From an uncultured Gemmatimonadales bacterium (lineage in GTDB: Bacteria; Gemmatimonadota; Gemmatimonadetes; Longimicrobiales; RSA9), in the NCBI GenBank assembly GCA_963741945.1, contig CAVUKA010000001.1, forward strand, positions 1-64,000: a stretch of 64,000 bases of DNA, in the 5' to 3' direction. Shown in pieces: positions 27,118 to 37,011 of the stretch; positions within the stretch are counted from its first letter, which is position 1, and the number at the start of each line of letters is the position of its first letter. The notes beneath the pieces were generated by a model. The model saw nothing but the letters and a program-made list of their open reading frames with translations, was not told the DNA's origin and did no database searches. A program made the translations under genes and the position numbers.

Positions 27118-29534
27118 GCGCCGTACGGGACCCATATGTTCTTCACCTGCGTGGCGCGACGCAGGAATTCCGGCCCTTCTCCCTCCATCACCTCGAGCCA
27201 GCGACGCGGCCGGACGTCCACCCAGGTCTGCTTCATGTTCGACGCCGATTCACGCTCCACGACCTCCCCGAGGTCGGGCGCGCCGAAATGCCAGACGGCG
27301 TCCACATCGTAGTGGGCGGCCAGGACCGGGACGAGACCGGCGCCATCCCCGGTCACGATGTTCACCACGCCGCCGGGGATGTCGGACGTGTCCAGGACCT
27401 GGTAGAGGTCCGTGGCCACCAGCGGCGCGCGGCCGGACGGGATCGCCACCACGGCGTTCCCGGTGGCGATGAGCGGCGCGACCAGCGACACGAGCCCGAG
27501 CAGCGGGAACGGCTCGGGCGCGGCCACGCCTACCACGCCAAGGGCTTCGGGCATGGCGATCGTGACGTTGCGGATCGGCGTGTGGTGCACGGCGCCGTCC
27601 CACTTGTCCGCCCACGCGGCGTAGCTGAACAGGCGACGGATGGCCGCGTCCACCTCGCGGCTCGCGTCCGGCCGCGGGGCGCCGGTGAGGGCGCGGATGC
27701 GCGCGCCGAACTCATCGCTGCGGGCGGCCAGGTTCTCGGCCAGGTAATAAAGCACCTGCGCCCGGCCGTGTGCCGGCGTGGCGGCCCACTTCGGCTGCGC
27801 CCGGTGGGCGGCCTCGACCGCGTTGCGGATGTCCTTCCGGTTGCCGGCGCCCACCTCCCCGATGCGCCGGCCATCCGGGGCGAGCACGTCGAGGGAGTAC
27901 CCCGAATCCGGTCGCGCCTGCTTGCCGCCAATGTACAGCTTGGCGGTGCGGTCGATCAGGGGCGCGGCGGCCGAAGCTGCTGCGTCGTCCTCGGTCGCCG
28001 CAGCGATCCCGGCGTCGTCCTCGGTCGCCGGTGCGTCCTCGCGCTCCTTCTCCCAGGCGGGCTGGAGGTACTGCCACAGCCCTTCCTTCCCGCCCTCGCG
28101 GCCGAAGCCGCTCTCGCGGTACCCGCCGAAGCCGGACGCCGCGTCGAAGAGGTTGGTGGAGTTGACCCAGACGGTGCCGGCCTTGATGCGCGGGGCCAGG
28201 TCGAGGGCGACGTTGATGTTCTCCGTCCAGATGCTCGCGGCCAGGCCGTAGAGCGTGTCGTTGGAGAGATCCACGGCCTCGTCGGGCGTCCGGAACGTCA
28301 TGAGGACCACGACGGGGCCGAAGATCTCCACCTGGGCCACGGTGGCCGCCGGTGCCACATCGGAGATCACGGTGGGCGGGTAGAACCACCCGTCGCGGGG
28401 GCAGGCCCACGAAGGCTGCCAGATGCGGGCGCCCTCCTCCCTGCCCTGGTCCACCAGACGCGTGATCCGCTCCAGCTGGACGGGTGCGACGATGGCGCCG
28501 ACGTCCACGCTCTTGTCCAGCGCGGGTCCCATGCGCAGCCGCTCCATGCGGTCGCGCAGCTTCTGGAGCAGGCGCGCGGCCACGCCCTCCTGGACGAGGA
28601 TGCGGGAGCCGGCGCAGCAGACCTGGCCCTGGTTGAACCAGATGGCATCGACCACGCCCTCCACCACGCTGTCCAGGTCCGCGTCCTCGAACACCACGAA
28701 CGGCGACTTGCCGCCCAGCTCCAGGGAGATGTGCTTGCCGCTTCCGGCCGTGGCGCGGCGGATGATGCGCCCCACTTCGGTGCTGCCGGTGAACGCGATC
28801 TTGTCCACGTCCGGGTGGGCGACGAGGGCGGCGCCGGTCTCGCCGTCGCCGGTGACCACGTTGAGCACGCCGGGCGGGAGCCCGATGGCCTGGCACAGCT
28901 GGGCGAAGCGGAGGGCGGTGAGCGGCGTGAACTCGGCCGGCTTCAGCACCACGGTGTTCCCGGTGGCCAGGGCCGGCGCGACCTTCCACGCCAGCATGAG
29001 GAGCGGGAAGTTCCACGGGATGATCTGCCCCGCGACGCCGAGCGGAACGTGGTCGCGCAGCTCCGGATCGCGGTCCAGCAGCTGGGCCCAGCCGGCGTGG
29101 TGGTAGAAGTGCCGGGCGACGAGGGGAATGTCGATGTCCCGGGACTCGCGGATCGGCTTGCCGTTGTCCAGCGACTCCAGCACAGAGAAGAAGCGCGCGT
29201 GCTTCTGGAGCTGACGGGCGATGGCGTAGAGGTACCGGGCGCGCACGTGGCCCTCGAGCGCCGACCACGCCGGGAACGCGGCGCGGGCGGCGCGTACGGC
29301 GGCGTCGACATCGTCTGCGGAGCCCTGGGCGACCCGGGTCAGGACGTCGCCGGAGGAGGGGTCGTGGACGTCGAAGTGCTCGCTGGCGGTGGGCTCGGTC
29401 CAGCGGCCGCCGATGAAGTGGCCGAACGGGCCGGCGCTGCCGATCCAGGCGCGGACTTCCGCCGGACTCTCGGGCGCGGGGCCATACTCGAGCGTCTCCA
29501 TGAGACGCGGGACTGTCGCAGTGTCGTCGGTCAT
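27114..29534 (-). CDS. Aldehyde dehydrogenase, extended two-module (ALDH16-like) form
   Basis: PWNFP, FTGST, LELGGK, NQGQVCCAG, EIFGP, followed by a second truncated ALDH module. Confidence 0.9.
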   Translation of the reverse strand: MTDDTATVPRLMETLEYGPAPESPAEVRAWIGSAGPFGHFIGGRWTEPTASEHFDVHDPSSGDVLTRVAQGSADDVDAAVRAARAAFPAWSALEGHVRARYLYAIARQLQKHARFFSVLESLDNGKPIRESRDIDIPLVARHFYHHAGWAQLLDRDPELRDHVPLGVAGQIIPWNFPLLMLAWKVAPALATGNTVVLKPAEFTPLTALRFAQLCQAIGLPPGVLNVVTGDGETGAALVAHPDVDKIAFTGSTEVGRIIRRATAGSGKHISLELGGKSPFVVFEDADLDSVVEGVVDAIWFNQGQVCCAGSRILVQEGVAARLLQKLRDRMERLRMGPALDKSVDVGAIVAPVQLERITRLVDQGREEGARIWQPSWACPRDGWFYPPTVISDVAPAATVAQVEIFGPVVVLMTFRTPDEAVDLSNDTLYGLAASIWTENINVALDLAPRIKAGTVWVNSTNLFDAASGFGGYRESGFGREGGKEGLWQYLQPAWEKEREDAPATEDDAGIAAATEDDAAASAAAPLIDRTAKLYIGGKQARPDSGYSLDVLAPDGRRIGEVGAGNRKDIRNAVEAAHRAQPKWAATPAHGRAQVLYYLAENLAARSDEFGARIRALTGAPRPDASREVDAAIRRLFSYAAWADKWDGAVHHTPIRNVTIAMPEALGVVGVAAPEPFPLLGLVSLVAPLIATGNAVVAIPSGRAPLVATDLYQVLDTSDIPGGVVNIVTGDGAGLVPVLAAHYDVDAVWHFGAPDLGEVVERESASNMKQTWVDVRPRRWLEVMEGEGPEFLRRATQVKNIWVPYGA

Positions 29535-30550
29535 GCCATCGGGTGTCGGTGGGCTGCGGAGTAGCGGCCCGTGACGAAGTGCTCGATCTGCCGCTCGATG
29601 TCGCCCAGCAGGGAGCTGGCACCGAAGCGGAAGCGCTCGGGGCGTGTCCACTCCTCGCCCAGCTCTTCCTTCATCAGGACGAGCCACTGGAGCGCATCCT
29701 TCGCAGTGCGGATCCCGCCCGCGGGCTTGAACCCGGCGGCGTGACCGGTGCGCTCGAGATAGTCGCGCACCGCGCGCGTCATCACGACCCCCACGGGGAG
29801 CGTTGCGTTCACGGGCTCCTTGCCGGTGGACGTCTTGATGAAGTCGGCGCCGGCCATGAGACAGACGCGGCTGGCCCGGGCCACGCTGGTGAGCGTGCCC
29901 AGCTCGCCGGTGGCGAGGATCGTCTTCATGTGGGCATCGCCGCACGCCTCGCGGAACACGCGCACCTCGTCGTACAGCGCCTGCCAGTTCCCCGTCAGGA
30001 CGTGGGCCCGGCTGATGACGATGTCGATCTCCTCCGCGCCCGCCTCCACCGACGCCCGGATCTCGGCCACCCGCTGCTCGAACGGGCTCTGGCCCGCCGG
30101 GAACCCGGTGGAGACCGCCGCCACGGGGATGCCTGATCCGCGGAGCGCCTCCACGGCCGTGGGGACGAGGGCGTGATAGACGCACACAGCGGCCACGCGC
30201 AACGCGTCCGGCTCCAGGCCCACCGCCTCCAGGAGGTCGGCGCGGACGGGCTGGCGCGCCTTGGCCGCGAGCCGTCGGACGGTGCCCGGGGTGTCATCGC
30301 CGGAGAGCGTGGTCAGGTCGATGCAGGAGACGGCCCGGAGCAGCCACGCGGCCTGCCATTCCTTCTTCACCGACCGGCGCGCTCCGAGGCTGGCCGCGCG
30401 GCGCTCCACGGCGCTCCGGTTGACGCGCGTATCCCGGACCCAGGCGAGGTCCAGCGGTATGCCCGGATTCCGCCCGTCCCTGGCGGGTGCGGGCCGATAG
30501 GGGGTCAGGGACCTGACCCCGCCGCTTCGATCACTCGTTTTCGTCGACAC
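29531..30550 (-). CDS. deoC: Deoxyribose-phosphate aldolase
   Basis: 'IDLTTL', 'STGFPAG', 'EIDIVI', 'ADFIKTSTGK', 'FKPAGGIR', 'RFGASSLL'. Start approximate. Confidence 0.93.
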   Translation of the reverse strand: MSTKTSDRSGGVRSLTPYRPAPARDGRNPGIPLDLAWVRDTRVNRSAVERRAASLGARRSVKKEWQAAWLLRAVSCIDLTTLSGDDTPGTVRRLAAKARQPVRADLLEAVGLEPDALRVAAVCVYHALVPTAVEALRGSGIPVAAVSTGFPAGQSPFEQRVAEIRASVEAGAEEIDIVISRAHVLTGNWQALYDEVRVFREACGDAHMKTILATGELGTLTSVARASRVCLMAGADFIKTSTGKEPVNATLPVGVVMTRAVRDYLERTGHAAGFKPAGGIRTAKDALQWLVLMKEELGEEWTRPERFRFGASSLLGDIERQIEHFVTGRYSAAHRHPMA

Positions 30551-30659
30551 GGCCGTGAAGATAGGCCTTTCCCGGGGGAGGCGTCCAGTGACGGCGGTTC
30601 CGTGGTGGTGGCCACGGGACGGTAGCAGGGCGGGAGCGGGGGGATTAGCTTCGGCGACC

Positions 30660-31403
30660 ATGAAACCCGTGTTCATCGCATCGGACGTACACCTGGGGGC
30701 CGTGCCGCTGGAGACGGAGCGGGCATTCCTCCGCTTCCTCGAGCACGTGGGTGAAGCGGGGAGCCGGCTGATCATCCCGGGGGACCTCTTCGACTTCTGG
30801 TTCGAGTACGGCGACATCATCCACGGCCGCCATTTCCGCGTGCTGGCCGCGCTGGCGTCCCTCGTGGACGCGGGCACGCCCGTGCTGGTGATGGGCGGGA
30901 ACCACGACGCGTGGGGCGGGCGCTTCCTCGAGGAGCAGGTCGGCGTGGAGTTCCACGCGGGGCACGTCCGCACCGAGATCGCCGGCCGCCCCGCCCTTCT
31001 GGCCCACGGCGATGGCCTCGGTCGTGGCGACCTGAAGTACCGCGCCCTCAAGCGTGTGCTCCGCAGCCGCCCGGCGGTCTGGAGCTTCCGCGCGCTGCAC
31101 CCGGAGCTGGGCTTCCGGCTCGCGCGGCGGGTGTCCAGCACGGAAGCCAAGTCGGACGCCGACCCGGGGAAACGCGGGCGGGCGGATTACATCGAGGAGT
31201 GGGCGCGCCAGACCCTGCTATCGGATCCGGCGCTGGCGTGGGTGGTCTGCGGCCATTCGCACCTGCCCGCAGTGGTGGAGGTGGAGCCCGGCCGGCACTA
31301 CCTGAACGCCGGCGACTGGCTCACCCACTGGAGCTATATCACCGTCCCGGGCGACGGCGCGCCCCGGCTGCAGCGCTGGGAGGATCGCGCCGGCTCTGGC
31401 TGA
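30660..31403 (+). CDS. lpxH: UDP-2,3-diacylglucosamine diphosphatase (LpxH-like)
   Basis: SDVHLG, GDLFDFW, GNHD, HGD, GHSH, NAGDW metallophosphoesterase motifs. Confidence 0.8.
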   Translation: MKPVFIASDVHLGAVPLETERAFLRFLEHVGEAGSRLIIPGDLFDFWFEYGDIIHGRHFRVLAALASLVDAGTPVLVMGGNHDAWGGRFLEEQVGVEFHAGHVRTEIAGRPALLAHGDGLGRGDLKYRALKRVLRSRPAVWSFRALHPELGFRLARRVSSTEAKSDADPGKRGRADYIEEWARQTLLSDPALAWVVCGHSHLPAVVEVEPGRHYLNAGDWLTHWSYITVPGDGAPRLQRWEDRAGSG

Positions 31404-31425
31404 GGGGCCAGCGGCGGCTCCGCGG

Positions 31426-32292
31426 CTAGCGACCGTCCCGCATCCGCTCGACGTGCGATCCCAGCTCGTCGATCTCCACGTGGGCCACATCGGTGATGAG
31501 ATCACCGACGAAGCGGCGGCCGACCTCCTTGAAGCGGGCGGGCGAGTCGCTGACGAAGAAGCCGTGGCTCGGTGACGACCCGGCGCTGCGCTCCAGCCCC
31601 TCCCGCCGCAGGATCTCCTGCACCGCCCTGGCCGTCTCCTCGCCGGAGTCGACCAGCTTCACGGCTTCACCCATCTCGGTGGCGAGGGTCGGCTTCAGCA
31701 GCGGGTAGTGCGTGCAGCCGAGGATCACCACGTCCACGTCCACCTCCTTGAGGGGGCGGAGGTACTCGGCCGCGACGGCCGTGGTGACGGGGTGGTCGGT
31801 CCAGCCTTCCTCCACCAGCGGCACGAAAAGCGGGCACGGCTGAGAGTAGACCCGCGCTTCCTCCCCCAGGCGGACGCGGACGGCGAGGTCGTAGGCGCCC
31901 GAGGCAATGGTGCCGGCAGTGCCCAGGACGCCGATGCGGCCCGTGCGCGTGGCAGCCACGGCCGCGTCCGCACCGGGCTCGATCACACCCACCACCGGGA
32001 TCTCCAGCTCATCGCGCAGCACCACCTCCGCGTGGGCGGTGGCCGTATTGCACGCGATCACCAGCAGCTTGATGTCCCGCGCCAGGAGAAAGCGGGCGGC
32101 CTCGCGGGCGAAGCGCCGGACGGTGGCGGGAGACTTGGATCCGTACGGTACGCGGGCAGTGTCGCCGAAGTAGAGGATCGACTCGTGCGGCAGCCGGTGC
32201 ACCAGCGCCTGCACCACCGTGAGGCCGCCGAACCCCGAATCGAACACGCCAATGGGCCGGTCACCGTCGACGGCCTCGTGGAGCGAGCTCAT
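31426..32292 (-). CDS. murI: Glutamate racemase
   Basis: 'IGVFDSGFGGLTV', 'IACNTA', 'LGCTHYP'. Confidence 0.96.
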   Translation of the reverse strand: MSSLHEAVDGDRPIGVFDSGFGGLTVVQALVHRLPHESILYFGDTARVPYGSKSPATVRRFAREAARFLLARDIKLLVIACNTATAHAEVVLRDELEIPVVGVIEPGADAAVAATRTGRIGVLGTAGTIASGAYDLAVRVRLGEEARVYSQPCPLFVPLVEEGWTDHPVTTAVAAEYLRPLKEVDVDVVILGCTHYPLLKPTLATEMGEAVKLVDSGEETARAVQEILRREGLERSAGSSPSHGFFVSDSPARFKEVGRRFVGDLITDVAHVEIDELGSHVERMRDGR

Positions 32293-32945
32293 GGTCGCCT
32301 CCGGGGCACGGCAAGGCGCACTCCCACGGAAACGGCGCGGTAGCCGGCGGGCTCGACGTCGATCGTCGCCGGGAAATCGGAGAGCTGCGCGTTCACGTAC
32401 GCGTCCACCCCGGACGCCAGGACCCAGAAGATGGACCACGCGATCCAGTCCTGGCGTTGCTGCTTGCGGCCGCGCACCAGCTTGCGCAGGTCGTTCCCCG
32501 TGGAGTCGGCCCGCACGGCCGTGTCGACGACGTTCGGGAACGAGTCGATCTGGGCCCGCATGGAATCGGGGTCCGGCGCAGCGGCGACCAGCGAGTCCAC
32601 GATCTCGGAGCGTCGCCGATCGAAGAGCTCCTCGGCGGTGTGGATGCGCACCGCGTTGCGGAAGTTCATGTACCAGTTCCCCGCCCAGCCGGCGAAATAG
32701 ATGCCACCGCGGAAGTTGGAGCCGAACGCGGCCTGGCCCCAGCCGGGGACGAGCATGGACCGGATCATCGCATCGCGCGGCGCCATCGGTCGGACGGTGT
32801 CGCCGGCCGCCGGTTCCACCTCGACGGTGGTCTCGGGGGTGACGATGACGGAGTCCACCGGCACCTGCGAGGTGTCGCCGACCTGTGCGCGGAGCGGCGA
32901 GGCGGCGAGGAGCAGGAGGGCGGCGGGGAGAAGCCAGCGGCTCAT
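32289..32945 (-). CDS. Hypothetical exported/membrane protein (DUF5683-like)
   Basis: Signal peptide; 'RSMLVPGWGQ'; 'VDAYVNAQLSDF'. Confidence 0.7.
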   Translation of the reverse strand: MSRWLLPAALLLLAASPLRAQVGDTSQVPVDSVIVTPETTVEVEPAAGDTVRPMAPRDAMIRSMLVPGWGQAAFGSNFRGGIYFAGWAGNWYMNFRNAVRIHTAEELFDRRRSEIVDSLVAAAPDPDSMRAQIDSFPNVVDTAVRADSTGNDLRKLVRGRKQQRQDWIAWSIFWVLASGVDAYVNAQLSDFPATIDVEPAGYRAVSVGVRLAVPRRRP

Positions 32946-33877
32946 CCCGGACCGGGGCCGACGAGGATGGGGAGCGCGGCCGGGACCAGCCGCAGGGAGA
33001 GTCGGCGCAGGCCGGGCGGCTCGTGCAGCTCCCCGTCCAGCTGGAAGAAGATCGGGTCGGGTCCGAGCGCCTCGATGTCGACGGTCGTGGCGCGGAACAT
33101 CTCCACCTCCGGGTGCTGCTCGTGCTTGCCGCGCATGATCTGCGGGAGGGCGCGCATGGCGCCGAAGAACGAAAGCTCGTTGACGATACAGATCTCGAAC
33201 ACACCGTCCCCAGGTTCCGCGCTCGGGCAGATCCAGAATCCGCCCCCGATGCACCGGCCGTTCGCCACCGCGATGATCATCGTGTCCCGCTCGATGACCT
33301 CGTCGTCCATGCGGATGCGGAACGGGATGGCGCGATAGCTCACGAGCGAGCGCAGGACCGCGGCCAGGTACTTCGTGATGGCCGGGCTCGGCCGCCCCCG
33401 TCGGCGCTGCACCTGCCGGACCACTTCCACGTCGATCCCCGTCCCTGCCGCATTGACGAACCACTGAGATCGCCCCTCCCACTCGGCGACCGCGGCGTCG
33501 AAGCGGCGGAGGTCGTGGGCGGCGATGATGTCGAGGGACGCCTCCAGGTCACCGAGCGGGCCGATGAGCTTGGCAAAATCGTTGCCGGTGCCCACGGGCA
33601 GCACGGCCAGGACGGGCCCATCCACCCCCTGGGCCAGCGCCTTGAGCAGGCCGTTGGCGACTTCGTGAATCGTGCCGTCTCCGCCCGCAGCGATGATGAT
33701 GTCGTAGCGGGCGCGAGCGGACTCCAGCCCGAGCGTCACCGCCTCGCGCGGCCCCGTGGTGGAGACGATGTCCGCCTCGATCCCGCGGCGCTCGAGGCCC
33801 ACGAGGATCCGCTCGGCAGCGGTGCCGGCCCGGCCATCCCCGGCCGTGGGGTTCAGAATCACGCGTGCTCTGGGCAT
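32942..33877 (-). CDS. Diacylglycerol kinase family lipid kinase (YegS/DgkB-like)
   Basis: 'ILNPTAG', 'AGGDGTIHEVANG', 'PVGTGNDFA', 'QLDGE'. Confidence 0.9.
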   Translation of the reverse strand: MPRARVILNPTAGDGRAGTAAERILVGLERRGIEADIVSTTGPREAVTLGLESARARYDIIIAAGGDGTIHEVANGLLKALAQGVDGPVLAVLPVGTGNDFAKLIGPLGDLEASLDIIAAHDLRRFDAAVAEWEGRSQWFVNAAGTGIDVEVVRQVQRRRGRPSPAITKYLAAVLRSLVSYRAIPFRIRMDDEVIERDTMIIAVANGRCIGGGFWICPSAEPGDGVFEICIVNELSFFGAMRALPQIMRGKHEQHPEVEMFRATTVDIEALGPDPIFFQLDGELHEPPGLRRLSLRLVPAALPILVGPGPG

Positions 33878-33909
33878 GCGCCGGATGGTACGCGGGGCCG
33901 CGCGGCCGG

Positions 33910-34572
33910 TCAATCGCCCAGGACGCGGCCCAGCGCGTCCCGGATGGCGTCGGGCGCGAAGCCGCGGCGCGCCAGGTGCCCGTAGAGCCGATGTCGTGCC
34001 CGGGCCGCGTCGTCCCGCGACGCCCGGGCCGCCTCCACCACCCGGGCGTTCCGCCGCAGCCACGCCTCGGCCGCGTCCGTGGCCAGAGCGAGCTCGTCCA
34101 CGTCCTCGGCGTCGAGGACCCGCTCGATGGCCGACGCGGCCACGTCCCGGGCCACACCCTTCTTCCTGAGCTCCTGGAGCAGCCCCACGCGACCGCGGGG
34201 ACGGAGGCGGAGGCGATCGCGGATGAACGCGTCCGCGAACGCGTCGTCGTCCAGGTAGCCTCGCTCGTCCAGCCAGCCCATGGCCTGCTCGATGGCGCCG
34301 CCGCTCAGCGATTTCCGCTCCAGCCGCCGGCGCAGCTCCGCCCGCGAACGCGCACGATGTGAGAGGAGTGAGAGGGCGGCATCGCGCGCGCGGAAGATCT
34401 CGTCCTCCCGCTCCAGCCGCTCGAGGTCGGCGGCATCCAGCTCTGCGCCCACGCGCAGCCCGTGGGAGGCCACCAGCTCCAGCGCGAGCTCGGCCACGGG
34501 CGCGTCCTGGCCGGCCACATGGAGGCGGACCCGCTCGCGGCGGGGGTGGCGCTTGAGGGAAGTGATGCGCAT
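33910..34572 (-). CDS. recX: Regulatory protein RecX
   Basis: 'LLSHRARSRAELRRRL', 'GYLDDDAFA', 'LARRGF'. Confidence 0.9.
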   Translation of the reverse strand: MRITSLKRHPRRERVRLHVAGQDAPVAELALELVASHGLRVGAELDAADLERLEREDEIFRARDAALSLLSHRARSRAELRRRLERKSLSGGAIEQAMGWLDERGYLDDDAFADAFIRDRLRLRPRGRVGLLQELRKKGVARDVAASAIERVLDAEDVDELALATDAAEAWLRRNARVVEAARASRDDAARARHRLYGHLARRGFAPDAIRDALGRVLGD

Positions 34573-34738
34573 GCGGGGAAAGGAAAGGAGGGAGTCGGGG
34601 CGGCGCAATGGGAAACCGGGAACCGGCGCCGTGCGCCGTCGCCGGCGCGCACCGCGCGTCGTTCGGATCGGGGGAGGCGGGCGCCCGGGGTGGGGCGTAT
34701 CTTGGAAAGGTCGTGGACCGATCCAATGGAGAGACCTC

Positions 34739-35503
34739 GTGAGACACGCTGCCGTGCTGCTGTTCCTGGGAACGATCGCCACCGGGTGCGCCACCGCATC
34801 GCCGCCCGCGTCCGCCGGACCGGCGCCCGTGGCGGCGCCCGAGTCGCCGAGCGCGGAGAACGCGGCACAGCGACACCTGGAAGTCCACTGGGTTCGGAGC
34901 TCGGCGGAGTACCGTGCCCTCACGTTCCAGGTCTACCGGGACGCGGGCGCGCGGATCGAAGCGCTGGCGCCCGGACTCGGGACGGGCGACTGGGCGGTGG
35001 CGCTGGACGCGGACGAAACGGTGCTGGACAACAGCGAGTTCGAGCGTCGCCTGGCCGAGAGCGGCGAGGCGTTCGAGGAGCGCATGTGGGACGAGTGGGT
35101 CAACGAGGAAGCGGCGGGAGCCGTGCCCGGTGCGGTGGAGTTCATCCACCTGGTCCAGAGCCTCGGCGGCCGCGTGGTGATCGTGACCAACCGGGACCAG
35201 CGCCTGTGTCCGGCCACGAAGCGGAACCTGGTCGCCCTGGGCGTTCGACCCGCCGTGGTGCTGTGCGAGACGGACACGGGTGAGAAGGAGCCGCGCTACC
35301 GCATGGTGGAGCGCGGGACCGCGGCGCCGGACCTCCCGCCGCTGGACATCGTGATGTGGGTGGGGGACAACATCAAGGACTTCCCGGGGCTCGACCAGTC
35401 GGTGCGCGATGCCCCGCCGGAAGCGCTGGCCGCGTTCGGGCGAAGCTTCTTCATCCTCCCGAACCCCATGTACGGCAGCTGGATCGGCAACGCCTGGCGC
35501 TGA
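34739..35503 (+). CDS. 5'-nucleotidase / class C acid phosphatase lipoprotein, e(P4) family
   Basis: Lipobox ATGC; 'LDADETVLDNS'; 'VGDNIKDF'; 'LPNPMYGSW'. Confidence 0.9.
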   Translation: MRHAAVLLFLGTIATGCATASPPASAGPAPVAAPESPSAENAAQRHLEVHWVRSSAEYRALTFQVYRDAGARIEALAPGLGTGDWAVALDADETVLDNSEFERRLAESGEAFEERMWDEWVNEEAAGAVPGAVEFIHLVQSLGGRVVIVTNRDQRLCPATKRNLVALGVRPAVVLCETDTGEKEPRYRMVERGTAAPDLPPLDIVMWVGDNIKDFPGLDQSVRDAPPEALAAFGRSFFILPNPMYGSWIGNAWR

Positions 35504-35509
35504 CGCGGG

Positions 35510-35606
35510 TGGCGGGAGCGTGTGGGAATCGAACCCACCAGCCGGGGTTCAGCCCCGGCTCAACGCTTTTGAAGAGCGCGCCAGCCACCAGACCAGATCC
35601 GCCCCC
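35510..35606 (-). tRNA. selC: tRNA-Sec(TCA)
   Basis: 8-position acceptor stem, 6-bp D stem, CTTCAAA anticodon loop, long variable arm AGCCGGGG/CCCCGGCT, G73, encoded CCA. Confidence 0.93.
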
Positions 35607-35678
35607 TCGCTCCGCGTCCACCCTTCCCGGCCAAGGCTAACGCCCGTCGGGAAGGTCCGGCAAGCCGTTCGGGCCCCG

Positions 35679-36833
35679 CTACACCGCGGCGGCCAGCGCA
35701 TCCCGCAGCGCGGCGATGTCGTCGGCGTCGTTGTACACGTTGGGCGACACCCGCACGGCGCTCCCCCGGAGCGAAACGTAGACGGACCGCTGCTCGAGCG
35801 CCGCCCGCACTTCCTCGTTGTCCAGTGCCCCGGTGGCGCGGAGCCCGAACAGGTGGGCGGCGCGGCCGGCCTCTTCGTCCGCCTCGAACCCGAGCTCCGG
35901 CACGGCGGCGAACAGGTCGGCCGTGAGGGCGCGGCAGTACGCCTCGATGGCCGCCGGGCTCCAGGCCGTGACCTGCTCCAGCGCCGCGATCGCCATGGGC
36001 ATGAGCGCGAAGTTGCTGCGCCCGCCCACGTCGTAGCGTGCGGCGGCCGGCCGGTAGGCATCGTTGTAGGCGACGAGGTTCCTGAAATCTTCGCTCCCCT
36101 CCCGCGCCAGCCACGTCTCCTCCAGCGGCGTCCCACCGTCGTAGCGCGGTCCGAACCAGCCGAAGCCCACGGAGTACGGGCCCAGCAGCCACTTGTACGC
36201 CGCGCACACCAGCGCGTCCGGGCGGACCACCTCCACATCGAACGGCGCGGCGCCGACCAGCTGTGTGCCGTCCACCACGAACGCCGCTCCCTGTTCCCTG
36301 GCCCGCGCGCCGATGGAAACCAGGTCGAACACGGTGCCATCCGTCCAGTGCACCGGGGCGAGCGCCACCACGGCCGTGTCCGCGTCGATGGCCTCGAGGA
36401 GGCGGGCGCTCCAGGAGCGACTCCGACCCCGGACTTCCGCGGGAGCGGCCACCACCCTCAGCTCGGCGCCGCTCTCCCGGGCCAGGCGCCGCCATGGCAG
36501 CGCGTTGCTCGGGAACTGACCCTCCGCCATGATGATGTTCTGGCCCGGGGAAACGGGTGTATTCCTGGCCGCCACCGAGATCCCGTACGACACCGCCGGG
36601 AGGATCGCCACGCGCTCCGGCTCGGCCGACCCCACCAGCCCCGCGAACAGCCGCCTCGCCTCGTCCGCACCCGCGAAGAAATCGCGCGTGCTGACGTCCA
36701 TGGGGAAACGCTTTCGCACCACCGCCGCGAGCCCGGCCGCCTCCACTCGCTTCGGCAGCGGCGACATGTACGCGCCATTCAGGTAGTGCGCGCCATCGGG
36801 GAGGGAGAACGCGTGTTTCTGGCAGTCGAGCAT
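35679..36833 (-). CDS. Class V PLP-dependent aminotransferase
   Basis: 'YLNGAYMSP', 'VDGTQLVG', 'AYKWLLGP', 'VRVSPNVYN'. Confidence 0.88.
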   Translation of the reverse strand: MLDCQKHAFSLPDGAHYLNGAYMSPLPKRVEAAGLAAVVRKRFPMDVSTRDFFAGADEARRLFAGLVGSAEPERVAILPAVSYGISVAARNTPVSPGQNIIMAEGQFPSNALPWRRLARESGAELRVVAAPAEVRGRSRSWSARLLEAIDADTAVVALAPVHWTDGTVFDLVSIGARAREQGAAFVVDGTQLVGAAPFDVEVVRPDALVCAAYKWLLGPYSVGFGWFGPRYDGGTPLEETWLAREGSEDFRNLVAYNDAYRPAAARYDVGGRSNFALMPMAIAALEQVTAWSPAAIEAYCRALTADLFAAVPELGFEADEEAGRAAHLFGLRATGALDNEEVRAALEQRSVYVSLRGSAVRVSPNVYNDADDIAALRDALAAAV

Positions 36834-37011
36834 GGAGCGATCCCGGGCAACGGGTGACGGGTGACGGGCGCGCGCAGCCCACGCCCGCGTCCGGCAGACT
36901 ACGACCCCGTCGCCCGCAACGGCAAGATGACTCCGCGGCCGGGCGGCCCCTGTTGGCTGGCGCGACGGCGGGATACGTTCGGCGCGGCGCGGGACGCATA
37001 CGGGGGAAAGC

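Noticed and set aside
35679-36833. Selenocysteine lyase / cysteine desulfurase call
   Set aside because: Lacks the conserved catalytic Cys loop; only a family-level call is supported.
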